Under the pieces are notes generated by a model that saw only the letters and a list, made by a program, of their open reading frames with translations, was not told the origin of the DNA and did not search any database. A stretch of 64,000 nucleotides of DNA from Paraspadella gotoi (taxonomy: Eukaryota; Animalia; Chaetognatha). The stretch's first letter is position 1, and each line of letters opens with the position of its first letter. Positions 40,642 to 54,930 of the stretch are shown here, piece after piece. The stretch lies in assembly GCA_051294375.1 (NCBI GenBank), contig CM119267.1:6670757-6734756 (forward strand), written 5' to 3'. Both the position numbers and the translations under genes were made by a program.

Positions 40642-43600
40642 GAAAAGAAGCATAACGAACATAACCGAATCTCATAGAAAATAAAGCGGAAAGAAAAAAA
40701 AAAAGTAGATTTCATTTGAACGAAAAATCTCTTTTTTCTCTCTTCTGGAAAATCATATTTTTTGGGAACAAGAGGGGGAGAAGATGGGGGGCAGAAAAAT
40801 GCTATAGCGTGACGGGCGCGGGTGCTCGCCAGTCCATATTTCTTCTAAGAAAACTAGATGAAAATAAAATATATAAATGAGGAAAAAAAATAAAGAAGAA
40901 AAAAGATATGAAAAAGACAATATTATATCGAGAGGCTTCTTTAAGGTGACTGAATTCCGGAAGAGTCAGTGGAAGTTCAAGAAGGTTAGATGAGAAATAT
41001 ATAGCAAAGAAAGAGAGATAGAAAGAAAGAAAGAAAGAAAGAAGAAAGAAGAAGAAAGAAAGAAAGAAAGAAGAAAGAAAGAAAGAAGGTGGAAAGAAGG
41101 ACACAAAATTTAGAAAAGAAAGACATCCCATATCAAGATGAAAGTAAGAATAAATAAAAATCAAAACATTTTTGTAAATGACTTTTACAGGAATTTGAAT
41201 AAAAAAAAATAAGAAGACGTTTCACTGAAATATTTACAACATGTAATGGTCAAAATCATTTTCAGAGAGATTGAAAACGACGATAACATAGAGAGAAGAC
41301 ATAGTATAAATAATAAATACGATCAAAACGAATCAAAGAGTGTAAGTAGGTCGGTTAACTTTCTGACCTTAGTAAGTTCAAGAGTCGTTAAGGTTGTTGT
41401 TGTTGTTGTTATCGTTGTGTACAAAACTTCAACTAAAAAAATTGGAGGTTTTATTTTTAATACGAGGAACAAACAATGAATAATGGTTGATACAAAAGAA
41501 TAACCAAACGGACGACAAGGATTGAATCCCGAAGGACGAACGAACAAAGAACGAACGAACGAACGAACGAACGAACGAACGAACGAAACGAAAACGAGAA
41601 ACCACGGAGAAAAATTGTTTCCAGTCGGCGAAATAAATTTAAGACGAATTTTTGTTGCTGGATTTTTTTCCCGAAAATCTGTAAATTTATTTTTAACAAA
41701 AACGTCGAGCGACGACGCGACGACGACGTCGCTAGGAGAAAAACAACGGGGTCCCGAACCGAGAATGGAAATGCCAGAGTTTTTTGCGGCCACGACGAAT
41801 CGACGACGACCGACGCCAGAAGGCGTTACGCAGAGCGAACCGAGGGCGACCGACGAAGACGACGACGACACGATGACTAAAAGAACGACGAGTTCTTACG
41901 ACGAATCGAGCGACGAGTCCGAGGAGCGATCGAGACGACGACGACAATGTACGACGACGACGGCCACCAGGTCGAAAATGTTTCCAACTGAAAGTCTGAA
42001 TTTTTGATTGTGTAGCGAGGAGAGAGAGAGAAGAGGAGGGAGAAAAGAGGGATAGTGAAAGATGGAGAAATCACCGAGTTAATCGAAATTACTTTGGCTA
42101 TAGTGTTGTGGGTTGTTGCCGATTTTCATGTTTACTTTGTGTCCTTTTTTTTAAATATTCTGTGTAATTTTTTTAAAATGTACTTTGCTTTGTCGTTCTC
42201 AACAAGAATATCAATCACGTTTCAATTACAAACTCCAGCACATTTCTATCATCTTTCTCCCAGAATCTCTCCCGCATCACTCTAAATCTCGCTTTCTCCA
42301 TCGTCGTTTTCCAAGCCACTTTCCTGCATCACCCTGGCAGGATCTCCTGGTTCTCCAATCATGGCGTTTGCTGCGGCAGCCATCTCTCCTGCATCACTCT
42401 GAATCTCCTCTCTCCATCATGGCTCCAGTTTTTTCAGCTTTCCATCTTTTTCCTTCTTCATAGCCATGGCTCCGTTGAATTTTCGCTGTTGACTTCTCTC
42501 GTTGTTTTTGGCCCCTCATTGCTAAATCATGCCTTTGCCATTTCCGCCACCTCTCGACCCTACTTCACTTTCGCCCCTAAACTTTTTCATTCTCTACGTT
42601 TATGTCCTGAACTTAAAATTGGTTCTTTGCCTGGGATGCGAGATCGAGATCAGAAGTAAAAAGAATTTCAAAAGAAAGAAAGCGATCTCCCAATATATCT
42701 CTATCTCTCGCTCTCTTTATCTTCTCTCTCTCTTGCTCTCGCCTCGCTCTTTTTCTTACCCCAGCTCTCTCTGCTCTCGTTTCGCCTTTTTTATCTGCCC
42801 CGCGGGCGGAATACGTTTTTAGTGGCGTCCGTATTGTTTGGAATCCCCGAAGGAATCCCGAAGGAATTCCAAAGTTTTTGTTTTTATTTTGTCATCAATT
42901 TTACCACAAAAATAAAAAATAAAAAAAATAAAAATAAACAAAAATTGATTTTCCCCAAAAAAAAATGAACGATGGGAAGACAGAGTATGGCGCTCTTCAT
43001 TGACGATCTTTCTAATTTTGGACGTGCTTTAATTATTGGAATTTAATTTCTATTTAATTAATTGTTAGGTTTACTTTAAACCAGCAATTACGACCAGTTC
43101 TTTAAGCTCTCCCAGGTTCTTAGATATAGTAAAAATATCTTTTTAAGCTATACGATTAATTCTATAAAAATCTACTATTTAGATTATTATCATACATCTA
43201 TAAAAATTGTTAGTTCATTTATTCCAAGAACTAAGTTAAAATAACCGACCCAGAAGCAATGCTTAATTTACCAGTTGATATTTTGGAATGGCGAGAGTGA
43301 TTTTATTGTTAGATACTTGTATTAGTATTACTTTTACAACTACATTTTTAACCTTACAAGATCTGGATTCGATTATGATTCGTATATTTTACGCCCAAAG
43401 TTCGTCATGCCTTTTTTCTTTCTTTTTTTTTTCTCGTCTTTTTTCTCCCTTTCGTCGTTTTTCGCTCAATCTTTGTCCGTCTTTGCAAAATTCCGGTTTT
43501 TCCAAATCGAATTACGATATCCGACACCAATTTTTTCAGACGGATCATATTTGTTTTTTCTCCTCTTCTCACCTTCGTCAGTTCGTTTTCCTTCCTTGTC

Positions 43601-44242
43601 CTTCCTCCTCCGTCCTCCTCCTCCTCTCCTCATTTTCGCTTTACTTACTTTTCACTTTTAGTTTCTTTTTCTATCTTTTCGTACTTATCTTTTTGCTTGT
43701 TCTTTTCCTTTCTTGTTCTCTCCTTTTTCCTCGCTTCTTTTTTCTGCGTCTCTGAAATTAAGAATTTTATGTAATTAATGTAGATAATAAAAAAAGGATT
43801 ACATCCTTCATAAAGTATTCGTAGTGTTAGATATTGACTTAAAAAAAGATACTACACATCGGCAGGACCAGAGGCTAGCGATGCATAATATGTCACAATT
43901 TCGTGGCAAGAATCCAACAAAACAGGTGCACTTGATGCAGGGGAGATATTATTTTTCGGGGAAAACATATGTACAATTTCCTCAAATGAAAAATAAAACT
44001 GATGCTTTCCCAGATTCTAAACTGGAGTTGGATGTCATTAAAAATCGATAATGGAAAAAATTGGAGAGCGAGAGAGAGAAGAGAAGAGAGAGAGAGAGAG
44101 AGAGAGAAGAGAGAGACGAAGAGAGCGAGAGAGAAGAGAGAGACGCAAAATGAGAAAGATCGGATACCAAATTAAAAATTGGAGCACGAGAATGAGCGGA
44201 GATAAATCGCAAAGACGGAGAAGATGATGAGTTAGAGTATGG

Positions 44243-44312
<70 letters not shown>

Positions 44313-44321
44313 GAGAGAGAG

Positions 44322-44860
44322 TTTTAATTATTTATTATGCTCAAAATGTGAAAATTTACACAGTAAACAATGCAATTTAATGAGCGGTTACATGATATGA
44401 ATAAATATGTATATAGGTATATACATTATACATATAATATGTATATATATGTGTATATGATGTACACCATTTAAGGATAAATGTAGAATAAGATTAGCAG
44501 AAAAAGTACAAAGTGGACTAACTATATACAATTTATACATGTTTACAATTTCAGTGGTTTACACATAGATCCCGGTTCCGTTTTTTAACGATCCCACACT
44601 CTCTCTATCCGAATATGATATTGCTTTAGTTTCTAATGTTATTTAAGTAGTATATCAGTAAAAAAGTTTTTTATCAAGATTGCGCATTAAAGTTTAAAGT
44701 TATTCCATTTAGGAAATAAATTTAGTCTATGTTCTTCATCATCTTCCTTGTTGCATTTTTCAAGATTTGATTTATTGTAGAATTATAGTTCTTGCCACAC
44801 TCAAGCATTCGCATATCTGACATTAATATGGAAGCTGTTTACTTGTTGTTACATTCTCAA
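44322..44860 (-). mobile_element. Degraded mirror copy of the LINE 3' fragment within the inverted duplication
   Basis: Reverse complement of 32510-33045 with indels. Confidence 0.65.
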
Positions 44861-46280
44861 GTGCGTTTCGCGAGATATGTATATTTGGCTTATTTGGTCG
44901 AAACTAGTTAAAACGTTTAGAAACTTTATTCACACTTTTCCTCCCACCTCCGCGCTAGAGTAGGTTCAAAGACAGCCAGGAAAAGGTTAAAATGGAAAAT
45001 TAACTGAGAAAAGAAAGAGAGAAGAGACGAGTCGCGAAGAGAGTGGAGAGAGTCGGAGATGTGCAAAAAATGAATAAAAATTGATCCTGACAAATAGGAG
45101 AGAACGGAACGTGACATACGGTTCGCCAGGAAACGAGCCAGACTAGGATAAAACAAACAGATGGACGAATTCTCGTTCACCTCGTGGGATTAAATGGGAG
45201 ACGTCGACAGACCGACGTGTTTGTACCGACTTTTATGCTGTATCGTTGTCTCATTTTTAAAGTAACCGGTTTACTTACTTTTTTTTTTAAACCAAGTTTT
45301 TATTTCATTATAAATACCGGTTTATCCATTTTCGCCCCCTCGTTTGAGGGTGAGTTTTTAAGACATGATTCTGCAAGTCATGAAATTAGGATAAATTTAA
45401 AATTGGTTATTACTTTCTGCCACAAAACTAAACTTGACAATACTATATTATAATTATTATTTGTCCGATGATGAAACAAATAATAAGCATTTCTCCTTTA
45501 AAATAAAACACAACTAGGACGGCGATATCTAACACTCGTTGAATCCGTTTTGGTGCCAACTCTTCGAATTTTCAAAATAATTTTTTTTTTAAACCCAGAT
45601 TTGGATCCCATAAAAAAACTAAGAAACTTTTATACTAATGTTATATGATATTTTAACTGTTTGGATCCAAAATAATGACTCACAACGTTTTAACATATAT
45701 AGTCTAATGAAAATAATACAAAAATTCAGAATGCTGCCCCTTTTTTCCCTTAATATGCTGAAGATAACAGAATTTTGACTAACATGTTATGCTTTTCACT
45801 CTCAATTTTCTTATGAGAATCTGAAATCTCTCTTATAAAGCATTATTTTTTAAGACATACCTATTTTAGCTATTTTATTATAAACTTATCTGTTTAAAAT
45901 TTACTTGTGATAAGAATATTACTAGTAATATTTATATTCAAATAATTTTTTGTTCTGAGTGCTCCACTTTTAACATATAAGTAATCTCAGCCATTAGCCA
46001 AAGTAATTTTTTTCACCGGTACCTGTTAACTCGTTAGTAAAAGGAATAGAGAGAGAGACGAGAGAGAGGAGAGATGAGAGGGAGGAGAGAAGAGAGAGAG
46101 AGAGAGAGAAGAGAGAGTGAGAGAGAGAAGAGAGCGGAGAGAGAGGAGCGAGAGAGAGATAGTCTTGAAACCGCCAATTCGGGGGGGAAAAAGAAGAAAG
46201 ACAAAGGTGCCACGGCTCAGTTCATTTTCTTGTAACGGAAAAAAAAATTTACATTGATGGCAAACGTTGAAAAACTACGA

Positions 46281-47969
46281 ATGTCTTCCAAATGAAAACC
46301 TACGGAGGATTGTTCCAAGCTCGGGGACGATTATTCCGACGCGGCGTCGCATCGATCGGCGAGTCGGGAAGCTGATCTCCGTCCCCCGCCCACCCTGAAG
46401 GACGACTTGGCGAGCGAAAACGTGTCGTCCAGCTAACTCCGTGGATCCATCAAAGACATCGATCGCTCGTCCGACTGCGCCAGATTCACCGATCCCTGCA
46501 GGATCACGACGGGTCATCAATTCTATGCTGCAGAAGCGGTGTCACCGTGAAGGAGGACGACTCTTCACCTTCGGCAAGCTCTTCATGGAGCTGCCGACGG
46601 CGTTCGCTGGACGACGTGGTTGGAGCCTAAACCTCGACGGCCATAATTTTAGCAAGAGGTGTTCGAAAAAGCTGACGGAGAAGGTGTGGGTCCAGAATTG
46701 TTCGCACCGTCGCCTACATTCACTCGCAAAAACACTAACGAAGCGAACGATCGAGTCGCGCATGCGCGACCTTGCAGCGGCAAACTTTCTGCTCAAAGAG
46801 GTAAGCGTGGAGATTAGATTTCGCCGTCCAGCTGGCGGATTTGCGACTCCACCAAAGGATGGATAACCGACGAGACAATTTAACAAACATTCCACGGGAA
46901 AGAATTCTTCACCGACCTTTTACAAGGCGCTAGATCGACGAACTCAAGCAAATAATTCGACGCGTGAAGTAGGAGACTTCGCTTTCGGCCGATGTCTGAC
47001 GCCTTGGGCATGTCATCTTTAAAGCGTTGGTGACGAGAAACGCGACACTTGTTCCAAGGAACAAGCTGTGGCGGAGACGTCTGCAAACATGAACAACAAC
47101 GAACGGAATCAATTGATGGTGGCGGATATCGGACGAGCTCGGAAGAAATCTGGTCAGCAGCATGAAACTTTCAATCGCAACCAAGAGAGGATAGATATTT
47201 GGGAGCGGAGAAACATCCGTTGTTTTTGAAGCGGAAACCGTGATAGGCGCGATCAGACGCCCTTTAATTGCCATAGTGGCCCTGGACGTGGGGACGAGGC
47301 CTCAGAGAATTTAACAAACTCAATGAATCGTTCTTCGATGACGTTTTCGAAGGAGAGAATGGAAGAATTTACCTTGGAGAATCTACAAAAAATATCTAAG
47401 TATCTCCCACCTGGTGGTACATTCGCTATTGTCGTAATCTGCTTGATCCCTGGACGAGACAGCAAACATTTAAATCGAGTCCACCTCAAAGGCGATGCGC
47501 TCAGACAAATTGAAGAACACCCGTCGCTCATCTTGCACATTCTGTGGTTCGCCAAGCGCAATTTTCCCGGAGTTGGAATTTCGCCCAAGATTTTCTGAAA
47601 ATAGGCGTCGAGGCCTACGGAAGAATCGAAAAGAGTTGAAGCGAAAGTCGATGAGAATTTTGAAAAATGCATGGAGAGGGTCCACCTTACAGTTGAAGGT
47701 GGTTCAGCGGTGGAAATAGTGCCGGACATTTTGGAAAATTTTTCGCATCAATTCAAAAGGAATATGATAAGGCCCCTGAAGCTTCTGGAATTCAATGCAA
47801 CCCTTAAAAGACACGGCCGATAAGTACAGAAGGAATTGCGCAACAAAGAACGAGAAATGCAACGTTGAAAGCGAGCCACAACTACTCAAGGTAAGATCAG
47901 AAGTGCAGTCTCGGACTAAGAGGACGTTGGAATCGAAGACCGCGGAATCCTCGGTCAAATAGAAAGGCT
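46281..47969 (+). pseudogene. Frameshift-riddled, 3'-truncated inverted copy of the kinase-KEN gene (probably an erroneous read-derived copy rather than a true pseudogene)
   Basis: Reverse-complement similarity to 29401-31097 from atgtcttccaaatgaaa (46281) to ggtcaaatagaaaggct (47969). Residual peptides such as PSLILHILWFAKRNFP and KKLTEK survive among many 1-nt indels. Confidence 0.75.
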
Positions 47970-49095
47970 AAAAAAAACAAACAAGGAAATTCATCTTGGC
48001 GAATAAAATCCGCGCCATTTGGCCGTCGACTCGTCGCTTCTTTCTCACAGGGGCTCAGGGCTCGCTCGCTTTTCTCTCACGCTTCACAAAAACCCCGTGA
48101 ATTTCTTTTTCACATTCAGACCTCGTTCACGAAACTCGGGGAAACTCTGGCAAAAGGAGGGAGAAAAATTTCAGCGAAAATATTTGGCTAAAAAAGGGAA
48201 AATAGACGAAACGTCCAGATGCGACCAACGACCTCAGGGACGGGGCGAAACAACACGACTTTTTCACCTTCTCTGTGTCCTTTCTGCAATTTACTTTTAA
48301 TTCCTCGTCAAATCAGAGCCAGAGAATCACAGACATCCCATACCTTTCTCTCTCTGAAGCGCTTCTCAACGCGCAACCTAGATAATCCGAGATTATCGCA
48401 AATAAAACAAATCTAAGGTTCATCTCTATTCTTCTAGAGTGCCCTAATTTGTGCCCTTAATTAATTATGTGAATTCAAATCCGTGTTCAACTGCTCTCAA
48501 ATAAGTATCTTTGGAAACCAAACAGTTCTACATGTAAAACACCTTAACTATAACCTTATATCTTAGAACCATGTAATAAAAACAGAAACAGTAACCACAT
48601 TTGAGATAATACAATTTCCAATCTCAGGCACAAATATTCATGGGTAAGCAATGTAGAAGGACAGGTAGGCAGAAGGAGTTCAAGTAGATGGGCAAGTGCA
48701 AGTTAAAACTACCAAAAATAGACAATGCTAAATTAGTACAAATAAACCTTAAACTTAAAAGTAACATATATAACCTAAGTACAATTCAATATAATCCAAT
48801 GTAAACTAACCTTCATTTGGGTTCAGAATAGAGAATAAAACATGGACAGTAAAGTAGTACAAAACATTATTTAAAGTATTTTCCTTTTCATTTTTACACA
48901 CGTGTGAATTGAGAGTAAAAGATTGTGAAAAGATAAACTGAAACACGCTCGGTTCGTTTAGCTCTCATAACAGCTTGATCGCGGGAAGAGTAAATTCAGA
49001 TATTCAACGGGAAACAAATGATTCTATCGATCTAACGAAACTAACAATTATACGCGAATAAAAAGGCATCGCTTTCACCACTCTCTCTCTCTCTT

Positions 49096-49136
<41 letters not shown>

Positions 49137-50811
49137 TCCTCAAGCACCAAGCAAGCATTCTCTCTATCCCCTCTCATAAGATCTTTATCTATCTCTATCA
49201 TCCATCACCTTTATATCAATTTATGTCTCACNNNNNNNNNNNNNNNNNNNNNNNNNTCGTCTTCCCTCCAAGCACCAAGCAAGCATTCTCTCTTATCCCC
49301 TCTCATAAGATCTTTATCTATCTCTATCATCCCATCACCTTTATATCAATTTATGTCTCACATTCCGCCGCTCACATATCTCTCTTTTCCACATCTGTTC
49401 CCTCACATCTCTAACTTACTCCTCCCACACCTCTACCCTCATACCTCCCCCCTTCTCTCTCTCTCTCTCTCACGTCGTCGGCCCGAAGCGCAGAAAATCA
49501 AATGTTCTCGTTTGCGACGTCACGATTCGTCGCTGTTTGTTTTACTCTGTCTCTCTCTCTGTCTCTCTCTCTATCAATATAACCGGCATCTACTATATAA
49601 AATAGGAGAGTAGAGTTGTTGTTGTCCAGCGTCGTCGTCGTCGTTCGTCGTCGTTAGAAAATAGGAAGCAAACAGAAGGAAGATTCATTCTTGGGATAAA
49701 ATCCGCGTATCTGGCGCGATCGATCGTCGTCGCATATCCTTTCGTCACTAGGGGCTTCAGGGCTACGTCTCGCTTTTTCCTCACGGCGTGTCAGCAATAA
49801 ACATATTCCTGTGTAATTCTCTTTTCATTCATTTCATGTACCTCGTTTTCAAGCTGATAACTCGGGGAATACTCCGTGGCGAAAGGAGGAGGGAGGAAAA
49901 TTTGCGAGCGAGATAATTTATATTGGCTGAATATAAGGGAGAGATAGAATGTATACGCTCTAGGGGCACGCTGGGCGAAAGCAACACGACGTTTTTTACC
50001 TTCTCCTGTGGTCTCTTTCTGGCTAATTTGACTTTTTATATTTCCTTCGTCAATAATTCAGATGCTCATGATGAATGTGCACAGATCATTCCATGTAGAG
50101 GCATATTGGTTGCCGATATATCTCCGGTTTTCTCTTCTCTTCTTCTTCTCTCTGTATTTCCAAATCTCTTCTCTCCTTTCTCTCATCGTCTCTCTTCTTC
50201 TTTCTCTCATCTTCTTCTCTCTTCTCTCTCTCTCTCTCTTCGCTTCGTCTTCCTCTCAAGCACCAATTGTCTAATGTCCGTACTGCTATTCCTCTATTTC
50301 CGCGTCGCATTATTAGTTATGCTTTATCTATCTTCTTATCTATTCTCATCATCCTTTAATATCTATATTTATGTCTTCGACATTCCTGTCTCTGCTCACT
50401 ATATCCTCTTTTCCAGCATTCTGTTCTCCTCACATTCTCTAACTTACTCTCTTTCCCATTTCCTCTACCGGCCCTCATATTCCTCACCTCCCCTCTCTGC
50501 ATCTCTACTCTCGATCTGTCGTCGGCTCCGAATCGCAGAATTAATCAATAATGTTTCTTCGTTTGCTGATCGTTTCATCGATTTCGTTCGCTGTTGTTTG
50601 ACTCTTGTTCTCTGTCTCATCTTGTTCTTCTATCTCTTATTCGAATTATATTCGCATGTTTACCGGTCATGTCTTATCGGTATCATTATGGCTCTTCTCT
50701 CGTCCTGTCGCTTCGCCTCTCTCTCTTCTCTCCTTCTCTCTCGTCTCTTCTCTTCTCCTCTTCTCTCTCTCTCTCTGTCGCTCTCTCTGCTCTTCTTTAA
50801 ATCAAAAGGGG
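47970..50811. other. Locally duplicated, error-rich sequence around 25-N gaps (probable unpolished read-derived sequence)
   Basis: 49134-49231 repeats immediately after the gap at 49257. 47975-48350 recurs as an insertion-inflated copy at ~49670-50100, and 49257-49590 recurs inflated at ~50240-50690. Confidence 0.8.
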
Positions 50812-53800
50812 NNNNNNNNNNNNNNNNNNNNNNNNNAAAAATTGTTTTACATTTCATACACTTATAAGTTTCGCGTAATATATTGTTACAATTGAATTCT
50901 AACAATTTCTCTACTTTCAATGATACTGAAATTCAAATGATCTCAGTAACTTATTTTAAACGTTGGCCAAATTGATAAAATTTATAGATTCAACCTTTTT
51001 ATTCGTCATTGGCATTTTAATTAGGATTTTCGAAAATTAAAAACCAATCACCGAAAAATTCTCTAAGACTATATTACTATCACTCATTCATTTTGTATTA
51101 TTCATTATTTACTACCCTTTTCTCAGGGTGAATTATTTAAAGGTTGTTTACTTTTTCAATTTATTTTATTATTTATTTTTTAAATTCGTTCACGTATCGA
51201 TACATTTTCCATCAATTTGGAATTTGGATGGTGCTTTGTTCCTCAGGTTATCAAATCGACAGATCGTCAACGCAATCTTGTTTTTCGATCAGACTTAATA
51301 TTCTCTGTAATCGATTTCTCCTGTTTTCATGGATCCAATCTGGCGAAGCGCCTGATCTGACTGGCGACCGTCTTCTTCCGGTATTTGGAATCGATTTAAC
51401 TCCTGTATTATCTCGTTCGGGGTTTTAGTATTTTACTCAATGATTAAAACCGAATATATATCTATGCCGATTCATTCGCTTAATAAACGACGCGAATTAA
51501 TTTATTCTCATTTAATGTCTCCATCTCTCTCTCTCTCCCTCCCTCTCCCGCTTTTGTGGTCTAAAACCTCTCCGTCTCTATCATTTTTTCCAGATTCATC
51601 CCGTCCCTTTATTTTCTCTATACACCGGAGCAATCAATCAAAATTATCGCGCGACGTTTCTCTCTTTTCTCTCGACGCAACAAAATTTCTCTCTCGCTCT
51701 CTCTCTCTCCCCTCTCTAGTTTTCTCTCCACTCCCCCCTCTCTCCCTCTCTCGCTCCCTTCGCTCGCCTGCTCTCTGCTCTGTCATAAATTGCATATCCA
51801 ATAAGCCCCGAAGAAAAGAATTCATCAGATGCCAAAAATAAAAAAAAAAAAAATCCAATTATTCTTTGGTGAAGCGGCTGAGCGTGTGTAGGAGTCGGAT
51901 TATTTTTGTTAGCGGCAGGTGAGAGAACATTAATCTTTTAACGCTTTACTTTGAATCACAGAGATTCTTATCTTGGGTCATATGGAATGGTAATGAGTTT
52001 CTTTTTTTTTTTGGTGCGCGTACTCTGTACTGCGCAATTTTTTTNNNNNNNNNNNNNNNNNNNNNNNNNNNNNNNNNNNNNNNNNNNNNNNNNNNNNNNN
52101 NNNNNNNNNNNNNNNNNNNNNNNNNNNNNNNNNNNNNNNNNNNNNNNNNNNNNNNNNNNNNNNNNNNNNNNNNNNNNNNNNNNNNNNNNNNNNNNNNNNN
52201 NNNNNNNNNNNNNNNNNNNNNNNNNNNNNNNNNNNNNNNNNNNNNNNNNNNNNNNNNNNNGTTTGGATCCTCTGCAAGGTCGAAGTAACTGTTTCGCTAC
52301 AATAATGTATTTTGTTCTTCAAGAAAATATTTTTTTAAACTTGGGAACCGAGACATTTGNNNNNNNNNNNNNNNNNNNNNNNNNNNNNNNNNNNNNNNNN
52401 NNNNNNNNNNNNNNNNNNNNNNNNNNNNNNNNNNNNNNNNNNNNNNNNNNNNNNNNNNNNNNNNNNNNNNNNNNNNNNNNNNNNNNNNNNNNNNNNNNNN
52501 NNNNNNNNNNNNNNNNNNNNNNNNNNNNNNNNNNNNNNNNNNNNNNNNNTTTAAACAAAAGGCATTAAAGCAAAAAATTGAAACTGCGCACTCAAGAAAA
52601 AAGCAAGAAGAAGAAAAGAATGAAAACATTAGGAACGAAGTGTGAGAACCGAGCGGTGTGGAGCAGAAAGATAAAACGGGGTTAGGGCTTACGAGTCAAA
52701 CACAGTCAAGAAATTGGAAGTTGGAAGCAGAAAAACAGGTTGAAGGGGGATCAATTAGAAAGGGAAGAGAAAGAGATTAACCATAATATTATGTGAAGGG
52801 GAAAAAGATAACTGGAACATATGAAGAGAAAAGCTACTAGAAGTTTAGAATTGGACCGGACAAAAGAAAATCCCAAGAAAAACATTGGCGATTATGGCGG
52901 TGAAAACGTGTCTCTATTTGTCGAATGACATATTTGCAAAGTCACTGTGTATCTTATAAAAAGTTTTAAAGTTTGATTTTAAGTCGCTTCTTTGTACAAC
53001 TGTTTCGTTAACTTTGTATTATAAAAATCTTTAATTTGAATCACAAAACTTAATCCGTGAATCTAAACTTAACATTGTACAAAAAAAAAACAACAAAAAA
53101 ACTAAGAGACAAAGAAACGATGACGAGCAAATGGAGACAAAGATAAGAGAGAGAGAAAAAAAAAGAGCAAAAAACACAAACACGCACGAAAAAAAAATCC
53201 TAAAAAAATCCTAGTGAATATGTATAAAAAATAAATGCGTTCGTCGTTCCCCGGGCGACGAGTTTTCCGCGTCTCTCGACAAAACAGAACGAATAAAGAT
53301 GAAGACCAAAGGTCAGCGGGGAATCGAGGAAAAGGGGACCGATGGTTAAGAATAAGGTGGAGTGAAAGATTATAAGCAAAATTTAAAGATTATATTTTAA
53401 AAATTATTTTTTGAGAGAATAATAATGCATATATTTTTTTATTGATATGTTATCCTAGTCAGCTTATCCAATATGAAATACAAACGCTTTGATTTGACCC
53501 CTATATAATATTAAAATTTTAAATTCGTTTTTGGTTTTAATTCTGAAAAAAGAGATGAAAGAAAATATATATTTTAAAAATTAATTTCTTAAAGTAAGTT
53601 AAATTTGCAAAAAAAAAATAAAATTTCAAAATAAAAGTAAAAAATGATATTATAAATAGACTAATTTGTTAATATATTTTTTAAAAGTAAATTAAATTTT
53701 TTTTAAATAAATTTTTCAGGGAATTTACATCCGGTATTAAATTTAAAAAAAATTTATATAATATTAATTATAAATAAAGTGAACTGGTGCCCAATGTATA

Positions 53801-54159
53801 AAAATATACCTTTTTACCAAAATATTTTTGTAGTTTTTTAATTCTTATATTTTATATGCTAAATTTTAATTTTAATTTTATTTTAGAATATTTTAGTAAA
53901 GAAGGGTAAGGTAATTGACTTCCGTCGGGTGGGTTTAGAGAGGGCGATGCCGCGGGGGGCTGAGGGCGCGCCCCCTAATGCGTTGATGTTTTTCTGATGG
54001 ACATTTGCCGGGGTTTGGCGGGGTTTTAAAGTCGAGGCGAGTTTGAAGCGAGTCTAGTCGGATTTCATCGTCGTAAGAAGAAGGAAAGTTTGAGCGCGAG
54101 AGGAACTGATCTCTCTCTCTCTCTGAAAACAGAAAGGTGAGGCTTCGAAGTGGCGAGAG

Positions 54160-54250
<91 letters not shown>

Positions 54251-54359
54251 TTCGCCGCCACTAACGAGAACTGATGGAAAAAAGGCGCGAGTACGGAGAG
54301 AATGGGGTTTCCATGATGGAGTGGAATGTTAGGAGAGATAAGAGGAAAAAAGGAAAGAA

Positions 54360-54930
54360 TAGGAAGTGATGATGGAGTAAAAAGAAGGAGGAAAAAAGGG
54401 AGGAAAAAGGATAGGATTGGAAATTTATGATGGGGTAGAATGATGGGTAAAGAGAGGAAAAAGGAAAGTATGGAAATTTTTGATGGAGTAGAATGATGGG
54501 TAAAGAGAGGAAAAAAGAAAGGTTGGAGTTTGTTATGGAGTAAAACGATGGAGGAAAAAAGGGAGGAAAAAGGATAAGATTGGAAAAAGTGATAGGAAAA
54601 ATGAAAGAATGATTTTTGTGATGGGGAAAAATGATGGAGAAAAGAGGAAGAAAAAGTAAAGGATGAATTTTTGTGATGGGGTTATATGATCGAGATGATG
54701 GAGTTTGTGATGGAGTAATTTGATTGGGAATAGAGAGGAAAAAGGAAAGGTTGGAAATTTTTGATGAGTAAATTGATTGGGAATAGGGAGGAAGAAGGAA
54801 AGGATAGAAATTTCTGATGAGTAAATTGATTGGGAATAGGGAGGAAAAAGGAAAGGATGGAAATTTATGATGAGTAAATTGATTGGGAATAGGGAGGAAA
54901 AAGGAAAGGATGGAAATTTATGATGGGGCA
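54360..54930. repeat. ~53-bp purine-rich minisatellite, more homogeneous at the 3' end
   Basis: tgatgagtaaattgattgggaatagggaggaaaaaggaaaggatggaaattta units at 54762, 54815, 54868, with diverged units upstream. Confidence 0.85.

Larger units (their letters stand above)
38759..47969. repeat. Right arm of inverted duplication, increasingly degraded with distance from the central 25-N gap
   Basis: Near-identical to the left arm near 38.8-40 kb and visibly indel-rich by 45-48 kb. Confidence 0.95.

Noticed and set aside
49923-50867. 314-aa hydrophobic ORF
   Set aside because: Lies in insertion-inflated duplicate sequence and runs through an N gap.
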